DNA of 64,000 bases from an uncultured Chloroflexia bacterium. Its GTDB lineage: Bacteria; Chloroflexota; UBA6077; JACCZL01. Shown here one piece after another: positions 1 to 10,714 of the stretch (positions are counted from its first letter, which is position 1; every line of letters starts with the position of its first letter). Below the pieces are notes generated by a model. It saw only the letters and a list, made by a program, of their open reading frames with translations. It made no database searches and was not told where the DNA came from. Location of the stretch: NCBI GenBank assembly GCA_963765765.1, contig CAVXYC010000019.1, forward strand, positions 288,001-352,000, written 5' to 3'. Position numbers and translations under genes: made by a program.

Positions 1-546
1 ATTCCGTCGAGCGGCGGTATGGCGCTGTTGTTGGCGTTCCTGATCCTCCTGGGCTTCCAGCCGGGGCCGACGATGCTCACCCGCGAACTAAATCTCGTCG
101 TGTTCATGGTGTGGTGTCTGGTCGTCGCGAACATCATTGCCACCATGGTTGCCCTGTGGTTCACTCCTACATTGGCGGCGATCGCAATGGTGCCACCGAA
201 CGTGCTGCTACCGGTCATCCTGCCACTGCTCGTGCTGTCCACGGTGATGGGAACGGGTCAGCTGGAAAACTTGTGGGTGGTAGCGTTCTTCGGGGCGTTG
301 GGCTGGTTCATGAAGCGCTATGGCTGGCCGCGGCCGCCCATCCTGATTGCCATTGCGCTGGCTCGCTCGCTCGAGAAGTATCTGTCACTGTCTATGAACA
401 CCTACGGGGGGGAGATGTTTCTCCGGCCACAGGTTCTGGCAATCATCGTCCTGGCGATTCTCGCCGTGTGGTACACACTGCGGCTGCAACGGAATACTGC
501 CAGGGATGCGGCTGAGGTCGCGCACGGGGAGGTGGCGGTAGGGTAA
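1..546 (+). CDS. tctA: Tripartite tricarboxylate transporter permease TctA, C-terminal part (5' truncated by window)
   Basis: GFQPGPTML, LLPVILPL, GWPRPPILIAIAL..LEKYL motifs typical of the TctA C-terminus; very hydrophobic. Confidence 0.85.
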   Translation: MPSSGGMALLLAFLILLGFQPGPTMLTRELNLVVFMVWCLVVANIIATMVALWFTPTLAAIAMVPPNVLLPVILPLLVLSTVMGTGQLENLWVVAFFGALGWFMKRYGWPRPPILIAIALARSLEKYLSLSMNTYGGEMFLRPQVLAIIVLAILAVWYTLRLQRNTARDAAEVAHGEVAVG

Positions 547-1110
547 TGAGCGACCAGCCCAAGGCCACCGCGATTGCCCCAGCGGCGAGACGATCGAACA
601 CTGAGCGGGTGCTCGAAGTCCTGCTCATGGTGTTCTGCGCGGCTGATATTCGTTTTCATGCTTGCAGAGTCGATGAAATGGAGCGCCGGCGTGGCCCTGC
701 TTCCTCGGATAGCGAGCGCGTTCGGTCTGGTCGTGCTCAGGTTTACGCGGTGCAGCGATTCCGGCCGCACAGAGGCCAGGGGCAGATCATGGACATGGGG
801 TTCGATGAGGAAGGCCTAGAGAGGTCGGCCGTCATCGAGCGCACGCTTCGCTTCGTATTGACCACGGCGGCCTTTTTCGCCGCGCATCTGGCTATTCGGC
901 TTCCACGTGACCGTCCCGATCTACATGGTGCTATATCTGGTGGTCTATGGAAAGGTGCGATGGTGGGCCGCGGTGCTCTCCGCGCTAGCCTTCCTGTTAT
1001 TCATGATCGCGGCCTACGATATCGTTATACGTAGCACCTGGCCGGAGCCCGTTGATCCGCTTGCCGCTACCCGGTGTTCGGTATTGACAACATTCATCGA
1101 ACGATGCACG
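546..1110 (+). CDS. tctB: TctB-family small membrane subunit, frameshifted; 3' end approximate
   Basis: Start overlaps the tctA stop; TM segments spread over three frames (LLPRIASAFG; IWLFGFHVTVPIYMVLYL; WPEP). Confidence 0.6.
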
Positions 1111-1129
1111 CCTCGAGAGGAGCACAGTC

Positions 1130-2478
1130 GTGACGGTAACTGATCGATCGCTGCGAAGTCTCGTTGATATGGACGCGGGGCTGGTAAGTCGCGAGATCTA
1201 CGTCAACGAGGACATCTACAAGCAGGAGCTGGAGCAGGTGTTCGCGCGTGCCTGGCTGTTCATCGGCCACGAGAGCCAGGTGCCCGAACCCGGGCGACTT
1301 CGTCATCTCTCGCATGGGCGAGGAAGAAGTCATCCTCGTGCGCGATCGGAAGAAGGAGCTGCACGTCTTCCTGAACACCTGTCGACATCGCGGCATGAAG
1401 GTATGCCGCTACGACGATGGCAATACGCTGGTGTTCACCTGCCCGTTCCACGGCTGGAGCTACGACACCGACGGCCGTCTCGTCGGCGTGCCGTACTACG
1501 ACGCGGCCTACAAAGGCGACATGGACAAGAAGGAGTGGGGCCTGCACGAAGTCGCTCAGATGAGCAACTACTACGGCTCGATCTGGGCTACCTGGGACCG
1601 CAAGGCACCGCCGTTCGAGGATTATCTCGGTCCATTTGCGCCGTGGGTGCGGCGTTGCTTCCAGAGCTCTGACGGGAACGACAACGGCGTCGAGCTGTTC
1701 AAGCCCGCCTACAAGTGGCGCATCCCGACGAACTGGAAGTTTCCCGGCTTCAGCTTTGATGGCGACAGCGCCCACGGCGCCATGACCCACCGCTCGGTGA
1801 ACGTGGCGGCCATCGGCCCGCAGGGTGAGCGCCGAAGGCGGCAGCCGCAGCGGCATGAGCAATCCGTTCCCGCGGACGAGCTACGAGATGTCCAGTCCCG
1901 AGCTCGGCCATGGCGGGCACAACCCCATCTACGAGCTCCCGGGCGTGCCACCGTATGTGGATACCTGGTTTACGGTGCCCGGTGTGGACGACTACTACCG
2001 CGAGACGCGCGGGAGATCGCGGCCAAGAAGTTCGAAGGGCCAGTACCTGCATGGCGGTACCTGCCTGGTCTGGCCGAATGTCAACATCCAGCCGCACCGC
2101 ATCCTGCATCTGGCATCCGCACGGCGTGGGCGTGACCGAGAGCTGGCGGCAGTATCCCGTCGACCGGGATGCGCCCAAGCTGGTCAAGGACGCACAGCGC
2201 CGCTACATGATGCGTTACGGCGGACCGGCCGGCCTGACCGAGTCGGACGACATGGAAAACTGGAACTACGCGTACCCGGCCAGCCTCGGCACATCGCCCA
2301 GCGGCTGCCGTACAACTTCCAGATGGGTGCTGCATCACGAGTTCGACAGACGAGCGGGTGCCAGGCATCACGCTCAACTATCGCATCGCCGAGGAGAATC
2401 AGCGCTCGCGGCTCAAGCGCTGGCTGGCAGTTTATGGAAGCCGGGAGCTGGGACGAGATTTTCCCGGTGAAGAAGTGA
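1130..2478 (+). CDS. Aromatic ring-hydroxylating Rieske dioxygenase alpha subunit (several frameshifts)
   Basis: IYVNEDIYKQELEQVFARAW, Rieske CRHRG...CPFHGW, iron site DSAHGAMTH and DDMENW, across ORFs 1130/1248/1825/1910. Confidence 0.9.
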
Positions 2479-2529
2479 GATGCCGTTGATGTTACCTGCG
2501 TCCAACGGCTCTCTGGAGAGAAGTTCGCC

Positions 2530-2771
2530 ATGCCTGATGAAACGCCCTCGAAGGCCGAAGACTTGATGAACATCAACGACACGGTGATCCTGCGGAATCT
2601 CCCTGTGGGTACCAAGGTCGAGCATTCGTGGTGGCGCCGTGGCTGAAGTTACTGCCAACCCCCAGGACGGCGGGTGGATCTACGTGAAGTTTCTGGAGTC
2701 TCCCGCGGACCCGTCCAAAGTCGGCGAAGAGGAGCTCGTTTTTTGCACGGAAGTCGTTGAGCGTTGTCTAG
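2530..2771 (+). CDS. Small beta-rich hypothetical protein (about 80 aa) between alpha and beta subunits, frameshifted
   Basis: MPDETPSKAEDLMNINDTVILRNLPVGTKV then RGGAVAEVTANPQDGGWIYVKFLESP...EELVFCTEV; the next gene has its own RBS at 2781. Confidence 0.5.
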
Positions 2772-2794
2772 CTCAGTTCGAGGAGGTCCCAGTC

Positions 2795-3340
2795 GTGACG
2801 CTGTCGACTAGCGCGAGGGAGGAGCTCCTGGAGCGGCTGCTGCTGGAGCGTGAGATCGAGCAGTTTCTGTACATGGAGGCGGAGCTCCTGGACGAGCGCC
2901 GCTTCAGCGAATGGATCGAGCTCATAGCGGAAGACATCCACTACCACATGCCCATTCGCCGAAACGTAAAGTTCGGCGAGCAGCATCGCGAGAATACCGA
3001 CCCCGAGTCAGAGATCTCATGGTTCGACGAGGGCAAAGCCACGCTGGCCGGCCGCGTGCGCCAGCTCAATACTGGCATTCACTGGTGCGAGGAGCCGTTC
3101 TCGCGCATCCGCCACATCGTCTCCAACGTTCAGGTTACGGACGTGCAAGGCGACGAGGTCAAGGTGCGCTGCCGCTTCTTCGTCTACCAGAATCGGCTGG
3201 CCGACGAGCAGAACTTCTTCATTGGCAAGCGTGAAGACGTTCTGCGGCGAGACGCCGAGACCGGCTGGAAGATCGCCAAGCGCACGATCATCCTGGACCA
3301 GAATGTGCTGCTCTCCAAGGTCCTCAGCACGTTCTTCTAG
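2795..3340 (+). CDS. Ring-hydroxylating dioxygenase beta subunit (SnoaL-like fold)
   Basis: AGGAGG at 2781 then GTG; EIEQFLYMEAELLDERRFSEW, EEPFSRIRHIVSNV, GKREDVLRR, WKIAKRTIILDQ. Confidence 0.92.
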   Translation: MTLSTSAREELLERLLLEREIEQFLYMEAELLDERRFSEWIELIAEDIHYHMPIRRNVKFGEQHRENTDPESEISWFDEGKATLAGRVRQLNTGIHWCEEPFSRIRHIVSNVQVTDVQGDEVKVRCRFFVYQNRLADEQNFFIGKREDVLRRDAETGWKIAKRTIILDQNVLLSKVLSTFF

Positions 3341-3416
3341 TGATGAGTAAGAAGTCATGAGTATTGAGAGCCAGCGCAATCGTCACTCATCACTCAGCAC
3401 TCATGACTCATCACTT
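3341..3416. repeat. Heptamer-built imperfect palindrome (TGATGAG/CTCATCA type), copy 1
   Basis: tgatgagtaagaagtcatgagtattgag ... ctcatcactcagcactcatgactcatcact. Confidence 0.65.
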
Positions 3417-3449
3417 CGTGGTGAGTGGCGGACAGGCAATGGTTCTGAT

Positions 3450-3731
3450 GTGGTGCTCATTGTCGACGAAGATCAGAACCGCGTTCGCGATGTGTTTCTG
3501 GCGACGCCGGGCCTGCTCAGTAAGCTGCTGACGACACCAGGGGATTTCCAGTCCTGGAGAAGCGATCTCTCTGTCAGTAGAGATCGTGAGGACCCATCAG
3601 TATGGGGTGATCTCGTGATTGCCCGCGCCGCCAACGGCCAGGTCATCACCATGGACCCCGGTCGGTTCTGGGAAGGCGTCTACGATTGGTTTCGCTCGCG
3701 CGGCGTGGACTACGACACTCCCGGTCAGTGA
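3450..3731 (+). CDS. Hypothetical protein (start uncertain)
   Basis: Coding-like frame VVLIVDEDQNRVRDVF...WGDLVIAR...RFWEGVYDWFRSRG, followed by a hairpin. Confidence 0.6.
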   Translation: MVLIVDEDQNRVRDVFLATPGLLSKLLTTPGDFQSWRSDLSVSRDREDPSVWGDLVIARAANGQVITMDPGRFWEGVYDWFRSRGVDYDTPGQ

Positions 3732-3740
3732 CCGCTCGTC

Positions 3741-3774
3741 GCATGGAGTGAGTGCTGAAGCACTCACTCCATGC
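3741..3774. terminator. Perfect hairpin between convergent genes
   Basis: gcatggagtgagtgc-tgaa-gcactcactccatgc. Confidence 0.7.
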
Positions 3775-3780
3775 GGTAGG

Positions 3781-5751
3781 CTAGTTCTCGGGCTTGATCT
3801 CCGCCAGAACGGCACCTGCCTGTACCTGAGCCCCCTCTGAAACATTGAGCTTGGCAAGTTTGCCCGTCCCCGGGGCCGTCACGACGTGCTCAATCTTCAT
3901 GGATTCGAGCACCAGGAGCGGCTGACGCTCGGTGACCGAATCGCCAACCGTAACCTGAAGTTTGACGACGCGCCCGGGCATTGGGGCTGTCACTGTGCCA
4001 TCATTAACGGCAATTGATGAGTCAGCCCTGATCGCGTCAGGCGGTCTCGCAGGCGTTACGTGATAGGAACGATTCTTCCAGTACACCAGCAAGCGCCCGT
4101 CTGCTTTGCGGGTGACCTTCGCAACGTTTCCATCGATTGAGACGGTACGGACGTCCAGTGTCTGCGCCTGGATGAGATTGCCGCTGGACTCGATGTCCCA
4201 GGTGGCGCTGCCCGGATGCCGGAGCGTGACGCAGGACGTAATTTCCCCTGCTCGCTGCCATAGGAGGAGCCTCGGCGTTCCAGCCTGGCGCCATGTGGAT
4301 CGATCCTGCCACACGTCATTCGATCCCTCGAGCGATGATGGAGCGGCAGCAGAGATAGCGGTGACTGCCGCGAGCACTTCAGGCGGCTGCTCCAGCAGAC
4401 CTTCAACGATCTCGTGCTCCTCCAGGAACCCGGTGTGCAGATCGCCGGCCTGAAACGCGGGATGTTCTGCGATGGTTAACAGGACATCCAGATTTGTTCG
4501 TGGTCCGCTTATCGAGCATTCAGCAAGGGCTTGGCGCAGAAGCGCGACGGCATCTGTTCGATCTCTTGCCCAGACGATCATCTTCGCCAGCAGTGAGTCG
4601 TAGTAAGGCGTGATCATACTGCCCACGTCGAAACCGGCGTCGATCCGGATGGAACCCTTTATCGCCTCGGGCAGCGACCACCCAGTGATCTCTCCAGTGG
4701 AGGGCAGAAACCCGCTCAGGGGGTCTTCAGCGATGATCCGCGTCTCAATCGCGTGACCGTTGATCTCGATGTCAGTCTGCCTGACGGGCAGCGGCTGTCC
4801 GTCAGCCACCTGAAGCTGTAGCTCGACGAGATCGAGGCCTGTCACCATCTCAGTAACCGGGTGCTCCACCTGAAGGCGGGCATTGAGCTCCAGGAAGTAG
4901 AAGCTGCCAGAGTCATCGAGAATGAACTCCACTGTCCCGGCGCCCTCGTAGCCAGCCGCGCGAGCAAGGGCGATGGCTGCAGCCCCCATACGCTCGCGCA
5001 GATCAGCATCGACAACGGGTGAAGGGCTCTCCTCCACGAGCTTTTGATGTCGCCGCTGGATACTGCATTCACGCTCGCCCAGGTGCACCACGTTTCCGTG
5101 TGTATCGCCCAAGATTTGGACTTCGACATGTCGAGGGCGGAGCACATATTTCTCCAGCAGTACGTGCTGATTGCCAAAGCTGGATTGTGCCTCGCGCTTC
5201 GCCGAGTCCAGGGCGTCCGTGAATTCGGCGGCTGACTCTACCAGACGCATGCCGCGACCGCCTCCACCAGCGCTGGCTTTGATCAGCAGCGGGAATCCCA
5301 TCTCCTGCGCGCGATGTGCGAGGTGGTTGGCGGACTGATCGTCACCGTGATAACCGGGGAGCACCGGCACATTGAGCTGCTCGGCCAGTGCCTTGGCAGG
5401 TGCTTTCTCTCCGAGCATACGCATGGCACTCGGTGGCGGACCGATCCAGATAAGCCCATCCGCTAGCACCGCGTCCGCGAAGTCGGCACTCTCTGAGAGG
5501 AAGCCGTATCCCGGGTGGACCGCCTCCGCCCCGGACTTATTCGCGATCTCAAGGATAGCCGGCTGATTGAGGTAGCTTTCCAGTGCTGGTGGCGGGCCGA
5601 CGCGATACGCCTCGTCCGCGTGCCGCACGTGTAACGCATCTCGGTCCGCATCAGAGTAGATTGCGATCGTCCGAATACCGAGCTTTCGGCACGTGCGCAT
5701 GACGCGAATCGCGATCTCGCCGCGATTGGTGATGAGGACGGAGCGGATCAT
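3781..5751 (-). CDS. mccA: Acyl-CoA carboxylase alpha subunit (biotin carboxylase + biotin carrier), probably methylcrotonyl-CoA carboxylase
   Basis: NRGEIA, HPGYGFLSE, GGGGRGMR, ERECSIQRRHQK, RLQVEHPVTE, biotin site ESMK. Confidence 0.9.
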   Translation of the reverse strand: MIRSVLITNRGEIAIRVMRTCRKLGIRTIAIYSDADRDALHVRHADEAYRVGPPPALESYLNQPAILEIANKSGAEAVHPGYGFLSESADFADAVLADGLIWIGPPPSAMRMLGEKAPAKALAEQLNVPVLPGYHGDDQSANHLAHRAQEMGFPLLIKASAGGGGRGMRLVESAAEFTDALDSAKREAQSSFGNQHVLLEKYVLRPRHVEVQILGDTHGNVVHLGERECSIQRRHQKLVEESPSPVVDADLRERMGAAAIALARAAGYEGAGTVEFILDDSGSFYFLELNARLQVEHPVTEMVTGLDLVELQLQVADGQPLPVRQTDIEINGHAIETRIIAEDPLSGFLPSTGEITGWSLPEAIKGSIRIDAGFDVGSMITPYYDSLLAKMIVWARDRTDAVALLRQALAECSISGPRTNLDVLLTIAEHPAFQAGDLHTGFLEEHEIVEGLLEQPPEVLAAVTAISAAAPSSLEGSNDVWQDRSTWRQAGTPRLLLWQRAGEITSCVTLRHPGSATWDIESSGNLIQAQTLDVRTVSIDGNVAKVTRKADGRLLVYWKNRSYHVTPARPPDAIRADSSIAVNDGTVTAPMPGRVVKLQVTVGDSVTERQPLLVLESMKIEHVVTAPGTGKLAKLNVSEGAQVQAGAVLAEIKPEN

Positions 5752-5792
5752 GCAGCCTTCCCTGGGAGTAAATCGTCTTCACCCACCGGATC

Positions 5793-5883
5793 TGCTCCCT
5801 CGCCCTTTGGGAGAGGGTTGGGGTGAGGGGACACATCGGATATCCGCCCCTCACCCCAACCCTCTCCCAAAGGGCGAGGGAGC
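5793..5883. repeat. REP-like palindrome of the CCCTCACCCCAACCCTCTCCC family, copy 1
   Basis: gctccctcgccctttgggagagggttggggtgagggg ... cccctcaccccaaccctctcccaaagggcgagggagc. Confidence 0.8.
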
Positions 5884-5908
5884 GCAGTATGCTGCATCTA
5901 GACACTGA

Positions 5909-7519
5909 TCACATCCTGAACACACCGAATTGCGTCTCGGGAATGGCTGCGTTGAGGGCGGCTGAGATGCCGAGCCCTAGAACCATACGTGTATCGATGG
6001 GGTCGATCACGCCATCGTCCCAGAGCCGCGCGGTGGCGTAATAAGGGCTGCCCTCGGCCTCGTATTTAGCCAGCGTGGGCGCCATGAATTCCGCTTGCTC
6101 TTCGGGCGACATGCTTTTGCCTTCACGGCGTAGATTGTCCAGACGCACCTGGAGCAGGACACTGGCGGCCTGCTGTCCGCCCATCACGCTGATGCGAGCG
6201 TTGGGCCACAACCAGAGCTGGCGAGGGCTGAACGCGCGACCGCACATGCCGTAGTTGCCAGCGCCGAAGCTTCCACCGATGACCACCGTGAACTTGGGCA
6301 CCTGGGCGTTGGCCACCGCCATGACCATCTTGGCGCCATCGCGAGCCAGGCCTCGATTTTCGTATTCCTTGCCGACCATGAAGCCCGCGATGTTCTGTAA
6401 AAAGACGAGCGGGATTCGGCGCTGGCAGCAGAGCTCAATAAAGTGCGCTCCCTTCAAGCTACTCTCACTGAAGAGAATCCCGTTGTTGGCCACGATTCCG
6501 ACCGGGTAACCCATGATCCGTGCAAAGCCCGTGACCAATGTCGTTCCATAGCGCGCCTTGAATTCGTCAAAATCGCTCTCGTCGACGAGCCGCGCGATGA
6601 TCTCGCGTACGTCAAATTGCCGGCGCAGATCCGTTGGAATGACGCCGTACAGCTCAGTCGGATCATGGGTTGGCTCCCGCGCTGGCATGATCTCCCAGGG
6701 TGCGTGCTTTAATCTCACGGTGACATTGCGAAGCACCTGACGGGTGAGCCCCAAGGCATGCTCATCGTCTTCGGCGAGATAGTCCGCCACTCCAGAGATC
6801 CGGGTGTGCACGTCCGCGCCGCCCAGGTCTTCCGCGCTCACGTCCTCACCCGTGGCGGCTTTCACCAATGGCGGGCCGCCGATGAAGATCGTACCGGTGC
6901 CCTTCACGATGATCGTTTCGTCGCTCATCGCGGGAACGTACGCTCCACCCGCCGTACATGAACCCATGACGACTGCAATCTGGGCGATCCCTTTCGCGGA
7001 CATCGTGGCCTGGTTGTAGAAGATCCGGCCGAAATGCTCTCGGTCCGGAAACACCTCCGCCTGGAGTGGGAGGAAGGCTCCGCCGGAGTCCACCATGTAG
7101 ACACACGGCAGTCTATTTTGCTCCGCGACCTCCTGGAGTCGCAGATGCTTCTTTACGGTCATCGGGTAGTACGTGCCGCCTTTGACGGTGGCATCGTTGG
7201 CCACGATGGCTACCTCACGCCCGTGAACCGAGCCTATGCCGGTAATGATCCCCGCGGAAGGCGCGTCGCTTTCGTACATCTCCCACGCCGACAGCGGGGA
7301 AAGCTCCAGAAAAGGACTACCCAGATCCAGCAATCGATTGATCCGCTCGCGTGCCAGAAGCTTCCCGCGCGCTCGGTGACGGCGCACCGCCTCGTCGCCG
7401 CCACCTCGCTGAATCAGACGCGTGCGCTCAGCAAGCTCGCGTGCCAGCCCGAGGTTGTATTCGCGGGTCTCCGCAAACTCCGCGCCCGATGTGTCGATGT
7501 TACTGGACAGTCGCGCCAA
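5909..7519 (-). CDS. mccB: Methylcrotonyl-CoA carboxylase beta (carboxyltransferase) subunit
   Basis: [48 protein letters not shown], terminal FGVFRM. Confidence 0.92.
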   Translation of the reverse strand: MARLSSNIDTSGAEFAETREYNLGLARELAERTRLIQRGGGDEAVRRHRARGKLLARERINRLLDLGSPFLELSPLSAWEMYESDAPSAGIITGIGSVHGREVAIVANDATVKGGTYYPMTVKKHLRLQEVAEQNRLPCVYMVDSGGAFLPLQAEVFPDREHFGRIFYNQATMSAKGIAQIAVVMGSCTAGGAYVPAMSDETIIVKGTGTIFIGGPPLVKAATGEDVSAEDLGGADVHTRISGVADYLAEDDEHALGLTRQVLRNVTVRLKHAPWEIMPAREPTHDPTELYGVIPTDLRRQFDVREIIARLVDESDFDEFKARYGTTLVTGFARIMGYPVGIVANNGILFSESSLKGAHFIELCCQRRIPLVFLQNIAGFMVGKEYENRGLARDGAKMVMAVANAQVPKFTVVIGGSFGAGNYGMCGRAFSPRQLWLWPNARISVMGGQQAASVLLQVRLDNLRREGKSMSPEEQAEFMAPTLAKYEAEGSPYYATARLWDDGVIDPIDTRMVLGLGISAALNAAIPETQFGVFRM

Positions 7520-7636
7520 GAAATTGTTCCCTGCTGCTCAGGCTTGGCCAAGCATACAAGCGGCGGCCGGCCCAGGGCAGGCACGCCGCTGAAATCAAAG
7601 TGGTGCTCAGGGCAAGAGCTCGCATAGCCTGACGAT

Positions 7637-8611
7637 TCATTCCATGATTCCCCATGCGCGACGTCGGGCGAGAGCACGTTCGAGGTTGGATGCATCGATC
7701 ACCGGCGCGGGTAGGATGATCTCCTGCCGCTCCAGGCGCTCGCCGTTGAGGTGTCGCACCGCGAGCTCCATGGTGAGCTCGGTCATTTCGTACACGGCGT
7801 AGTCAAACGTCGCGGACAGCGCGCCGCGCTCCAGGGCCCGCAGACCGTCGGGCGTGCCATTGACGCCAACTACCGTTACATCCGCAAGCCTGCCGGCGGC
7901 TTCCAGCGCGTCGATCGCGCCTATCGCCATCTCATCGTTGAGCGCCACGATGGTGTTGAGGCCAGGAGCGTCCCGAAGCATCTGCGTGGCGAGCTGTCTA
8001 GCTTGACCGCGATCGTAGTTTGCCGACTCGGCGGCCAAAACTGTCATCTCGGGGTGAATCTTTAGCTCGTCACCTATACCGCGCATTCGATCCTGGCCGG
8101 TGATCCCTGCGCGGATGCCTTCGATGATGACTGCTCGAATGGGCTTGTCTCGATGCTGACCGAGCCACTGAACGATCTGTCTGCCGATGGTGTAATCATC
8201 CCCACCAACGTATGTGACGATCTCCCCACCGGCCACGCGACTTCCAATGTTGTATACAGGTAGTCCCGCGGCGTTCATCCGCTCCACCAGGTCCACCTGA
8301 CGTCGGTAGTCCGCTGGCGCAAACACAATGCCGTCCAGATCGCCCGCCCGCATCGCATCGTCTACAAGGCCGCTCTGCTCATCGTGATCGTCTGGAACGG
8401 TTGGCGCCAGTATCGTGATCCGCAATCCGAATCGAGCTGCCGCGTCATCGGCGGCCTTGGCTGCTGACACCCAGGCCGGATTGGTTCTGTTCTTTATAAC
8501 CACCGCCAGATGGTGAGGCCGGTGTGCCCTTAGCTCATTGATCGTCTCGGCGGGCAAATCGCCGGTGACGGACGTGAATTGAGGTCCAGACTGCGCGGAA
8601 TCGGTGAGCAT
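7637..8611 (-). CDS. RbsB/LacI-type sugar-binding protein fold, without signal peptide or HTH
   Basis: KNRTNPAW, YVGGDDYTIG, DRMRG, ALNDEMAIGA, VVGVNG; RBS GAGGAG before the ATG at 8611. Confidence 0.8.
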   Translation of the reverse strand: MLTDSAQSGPQFTSVTGDLPAETINELRAHRPHHLAVVIKNRTNPAWVSAAKAADDAAARFGLRITILAPTVPDDHDEQSGLVDDAMRAGDLDGIVFAPADYRRQVDLVERMNAAGLPVYNIGSRVAGGEIVTYVGGDDYTIGRQIVQWLGQHRDKPIRAVIIEGIRAGITGQDRMRGIGDELKIHPEMTVLAAESANYDRGQARQLATQMLRDAPGLNTIVALNDEMAIGAIDALEAAGRLADVTVVGVNGTPDGLRALERGALSATFDYAVYEMTELTMELAVRHLNGERLERQEIILPAPVIDASNLERALARRRAWGIME

Positions 8612-8856
8612 GCTCTCCTCCCGAGCGATCATAGCGCCAGGGACCGCCGACATTTGGTCTAACAGGTCCCGAGTTGGCCAGTCTCCAGCCAGCAATTGAT
8701 CTTGGTTGGCTTCTCACAAATGAGGCGCACGCGTCCTAGCGGCGTATGCTGAGGTTGCAGTCTGCGTGCGGTTGGAATGGAGAAGGAACGAGTCACGAAT
8801 CGGTACGCGATCCAGGGGATCGAACGAGGTCTTTGGGCGTGACTGGAGGTGCCAAC

Positions 8857-9645
8857 ATGTCGGTACACGCGTACGTATCTCAGGAATCGCGTCGTGTCGA
8901 TTGGCTACCGCGCTCCGTGTTGGCTGGTTTTATTGCCAGCGTTCTTATGGTGATCGCGTTCTTCATTGCTTATGGCGTGGCGATTATCCTGGGTACGGTC
9001 ACACTGGCGAACCGCCGGGGAGCAGAGGAGTTTCAGGGCTGGCTGGTTGCGCTGACTCACAATTCATTGATCGACATCGCGAGCGTCACACTATATGCGG
9101 CGGGAGCGATGCATCTGTCCGTGGGTGTCGTGCTAGCACTTGTCTATGGCGCGATCGCCGAGCCGCGATTGCCTGGAGCCGGATGGGTCCGCGGAATACT
9201 GTTTGCAATGATTCCGTGGCTGCTGTCATTGACCGTAGCGTTTCCAATTCTCAACGCCGGAATGTTCGGACTGGCCCTGGGTGCGGGGCCGCTGCCGGCG
9301 ATAGGGAATCTCGCATTGCACCTGATCTACGGGGCGAGCCTGGGAGCGATCTACGGTCCGCTCGGTGATCTTCCGGCGGATTCATTCTCTGTTGATGAGC
9401 CGCGGGACGATAGGGAGACCACCGCGGCCCTCGAGCGCGCCGGTGCAGTGGGGGTGATGCTGGGAGGTGCAATTGGCGCAGCGATCGGGGCTCTTGGAAC
9501 TGCCCTACCAGGCGCCCTACCTCCGTCAGGTGGGATGGCTCCAGCCTTCGCACTGGTGTTTGGAGGAGCGATACTCGGAGCCGCCTTCGGCGCAGCGGTC
9601 GCCCCCTTTCTCAGCGAGGACCGACCTCAAGCTCCGACCCGTTAG
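8857..9645 (+). CDS. Integral membrane protein (DUF6789/DUF1440-like)
   Basis: RBS GGAGG; multiple TM helices with AGAMHLSVG and GNLALHLIYG. Confidence 0.7.
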   Translation: MSVHAYVSQESRRVDWLPRSVLAGFIASVLMVIAFFIAYGVAIILGTVTLANRRGAEEFQGWLVALTHNSLIDIASVTLYAAGAMHLSVGVVLALVYGAIAEPRLPGAGWVRGILFAMIPWLLSLTVAFPILNAGMFGLALGAGPLPAIGNLALHLIYGASLGAIYGPLGDLPADSFSVDEPRDDRETTAALERAGAVGVMLGGAIGAAIGALGTALPGALPPSGGMAPAFALVFGGAILGAAFGAAVAPFLSEDRPQAPTR

Positions 9646-10034
9646 CGCGAGGCGTGGCAATGGCTGACTAAGCCAATACGCGACCTCGAAGTACGTCTGA
9701 CCCTACGAAGACGGGTTTTCCAGCCCGTAACCAAGTTTACGAAGCTGGCGTAGGGCTGGAAGGCCGTCGCTACGACAAACGATCGCTTAGCGAGTCCATG
9801 TTCCCGGTACGCCTCGTGCAGTAATGCACAAGCGTAGAGCGCAAGAAGCGCTTGTTGAGGGCGAATCACATGGACCGTGCGAATTCTTACCCACATTGTC
9901 GAAGCGGCCTGGTTTCGAGTCTGGTACTCAAGGGCGCCGACTACTTTCAGCGCCTGCTCATTCCCTGGGTGCATGGCTGAGTCCAGTCTCAACGAGTCGC
10001 GCGACTTGCGCTACATGGAATCACCAGGAGGTAG

Positions 10035-10382
10035 ATGATGAGAGTTGCAGAGAGAACACACGCTGCTACGGCAACTCCGGATCGCCGCGGCGATCGCGTC
10101 ATCGATTCTGCTTCGCCGTTCGCGAAGGACGAGCGCTGGATCGAGATCGATCTCGCTGACTTGCACCTTTCCAGCGACATGAGCACACTGGATCACAGGG
10201 CTGAGGTCGCCTCGTATATTTACGAGCGCTTCGTCCCGTATGCCGATGAAGGGTGGGAGTGGGTGGTACATCCCGCCAGTCGGCGGTTTGACGACTGGGT
10301 GACAAACGACTCCGAGGTTACCGCCGCTCGGATGCACTGTCGCCGGGTGAGCCGGAGACTCCGCATTCAGAGCGCGCATTGA
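10035..10382 (+). CDS. Hypothetical protein
   Basis: Strong RBS AGGAGG immediately upstream; 115-aa ORF. Confidence 0.6.
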   Translation: MMRVAERTHAATATPDRRGDRVIDSASPFAKDERWIEIDLADLHLSSDMSTLDHRAEVASYIYERFVPYADEGWEWVVHPASRRFDDWVTNDSEVTAARMHCRRVSRRLRIQSAH

Positions 10383-10714
10383 ACGGACTCTCCGGGTATC
10401 GCACGCGGCAGCTCACGAGACGCCTGTGGTCATCAGAACCGACCTCACAGGTATACCGACCGGTACCATCGAATTAGTCAAAAATCACTTGTTGGACCGC
10501 GGCGGATTCGCTACTCTGACTGGCATGGAGCGACGTTAGTCAGGCCAGAGCGCGTAGGTCGTCGCGGCCAATGACCCCAGTTCTCAGGGCCCATTTGTCA
10601 ATCCAACCCTAACCGCTGTGCGTTGTATAAATAGGCCGTTCTTAAATCTGGAGTCATGATGCTCGGTGGCGCCCCGAGGCTGCTCGGACAGATCCTCTTC
10701 TTCGGCTATAGGCA

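Noticed and set aside
2644-2646. TGA after ...WWRRG as Sec or readthrough
   Set aside because: The protein-like sequence has already moved to the +1 frame; indel artefact
9642-10034. ORFs of 116 and 111 aa in the intergenic gap
   Set aside because: No RBS or motifs; they overlap a REP-like palindrome at about 9706-9774
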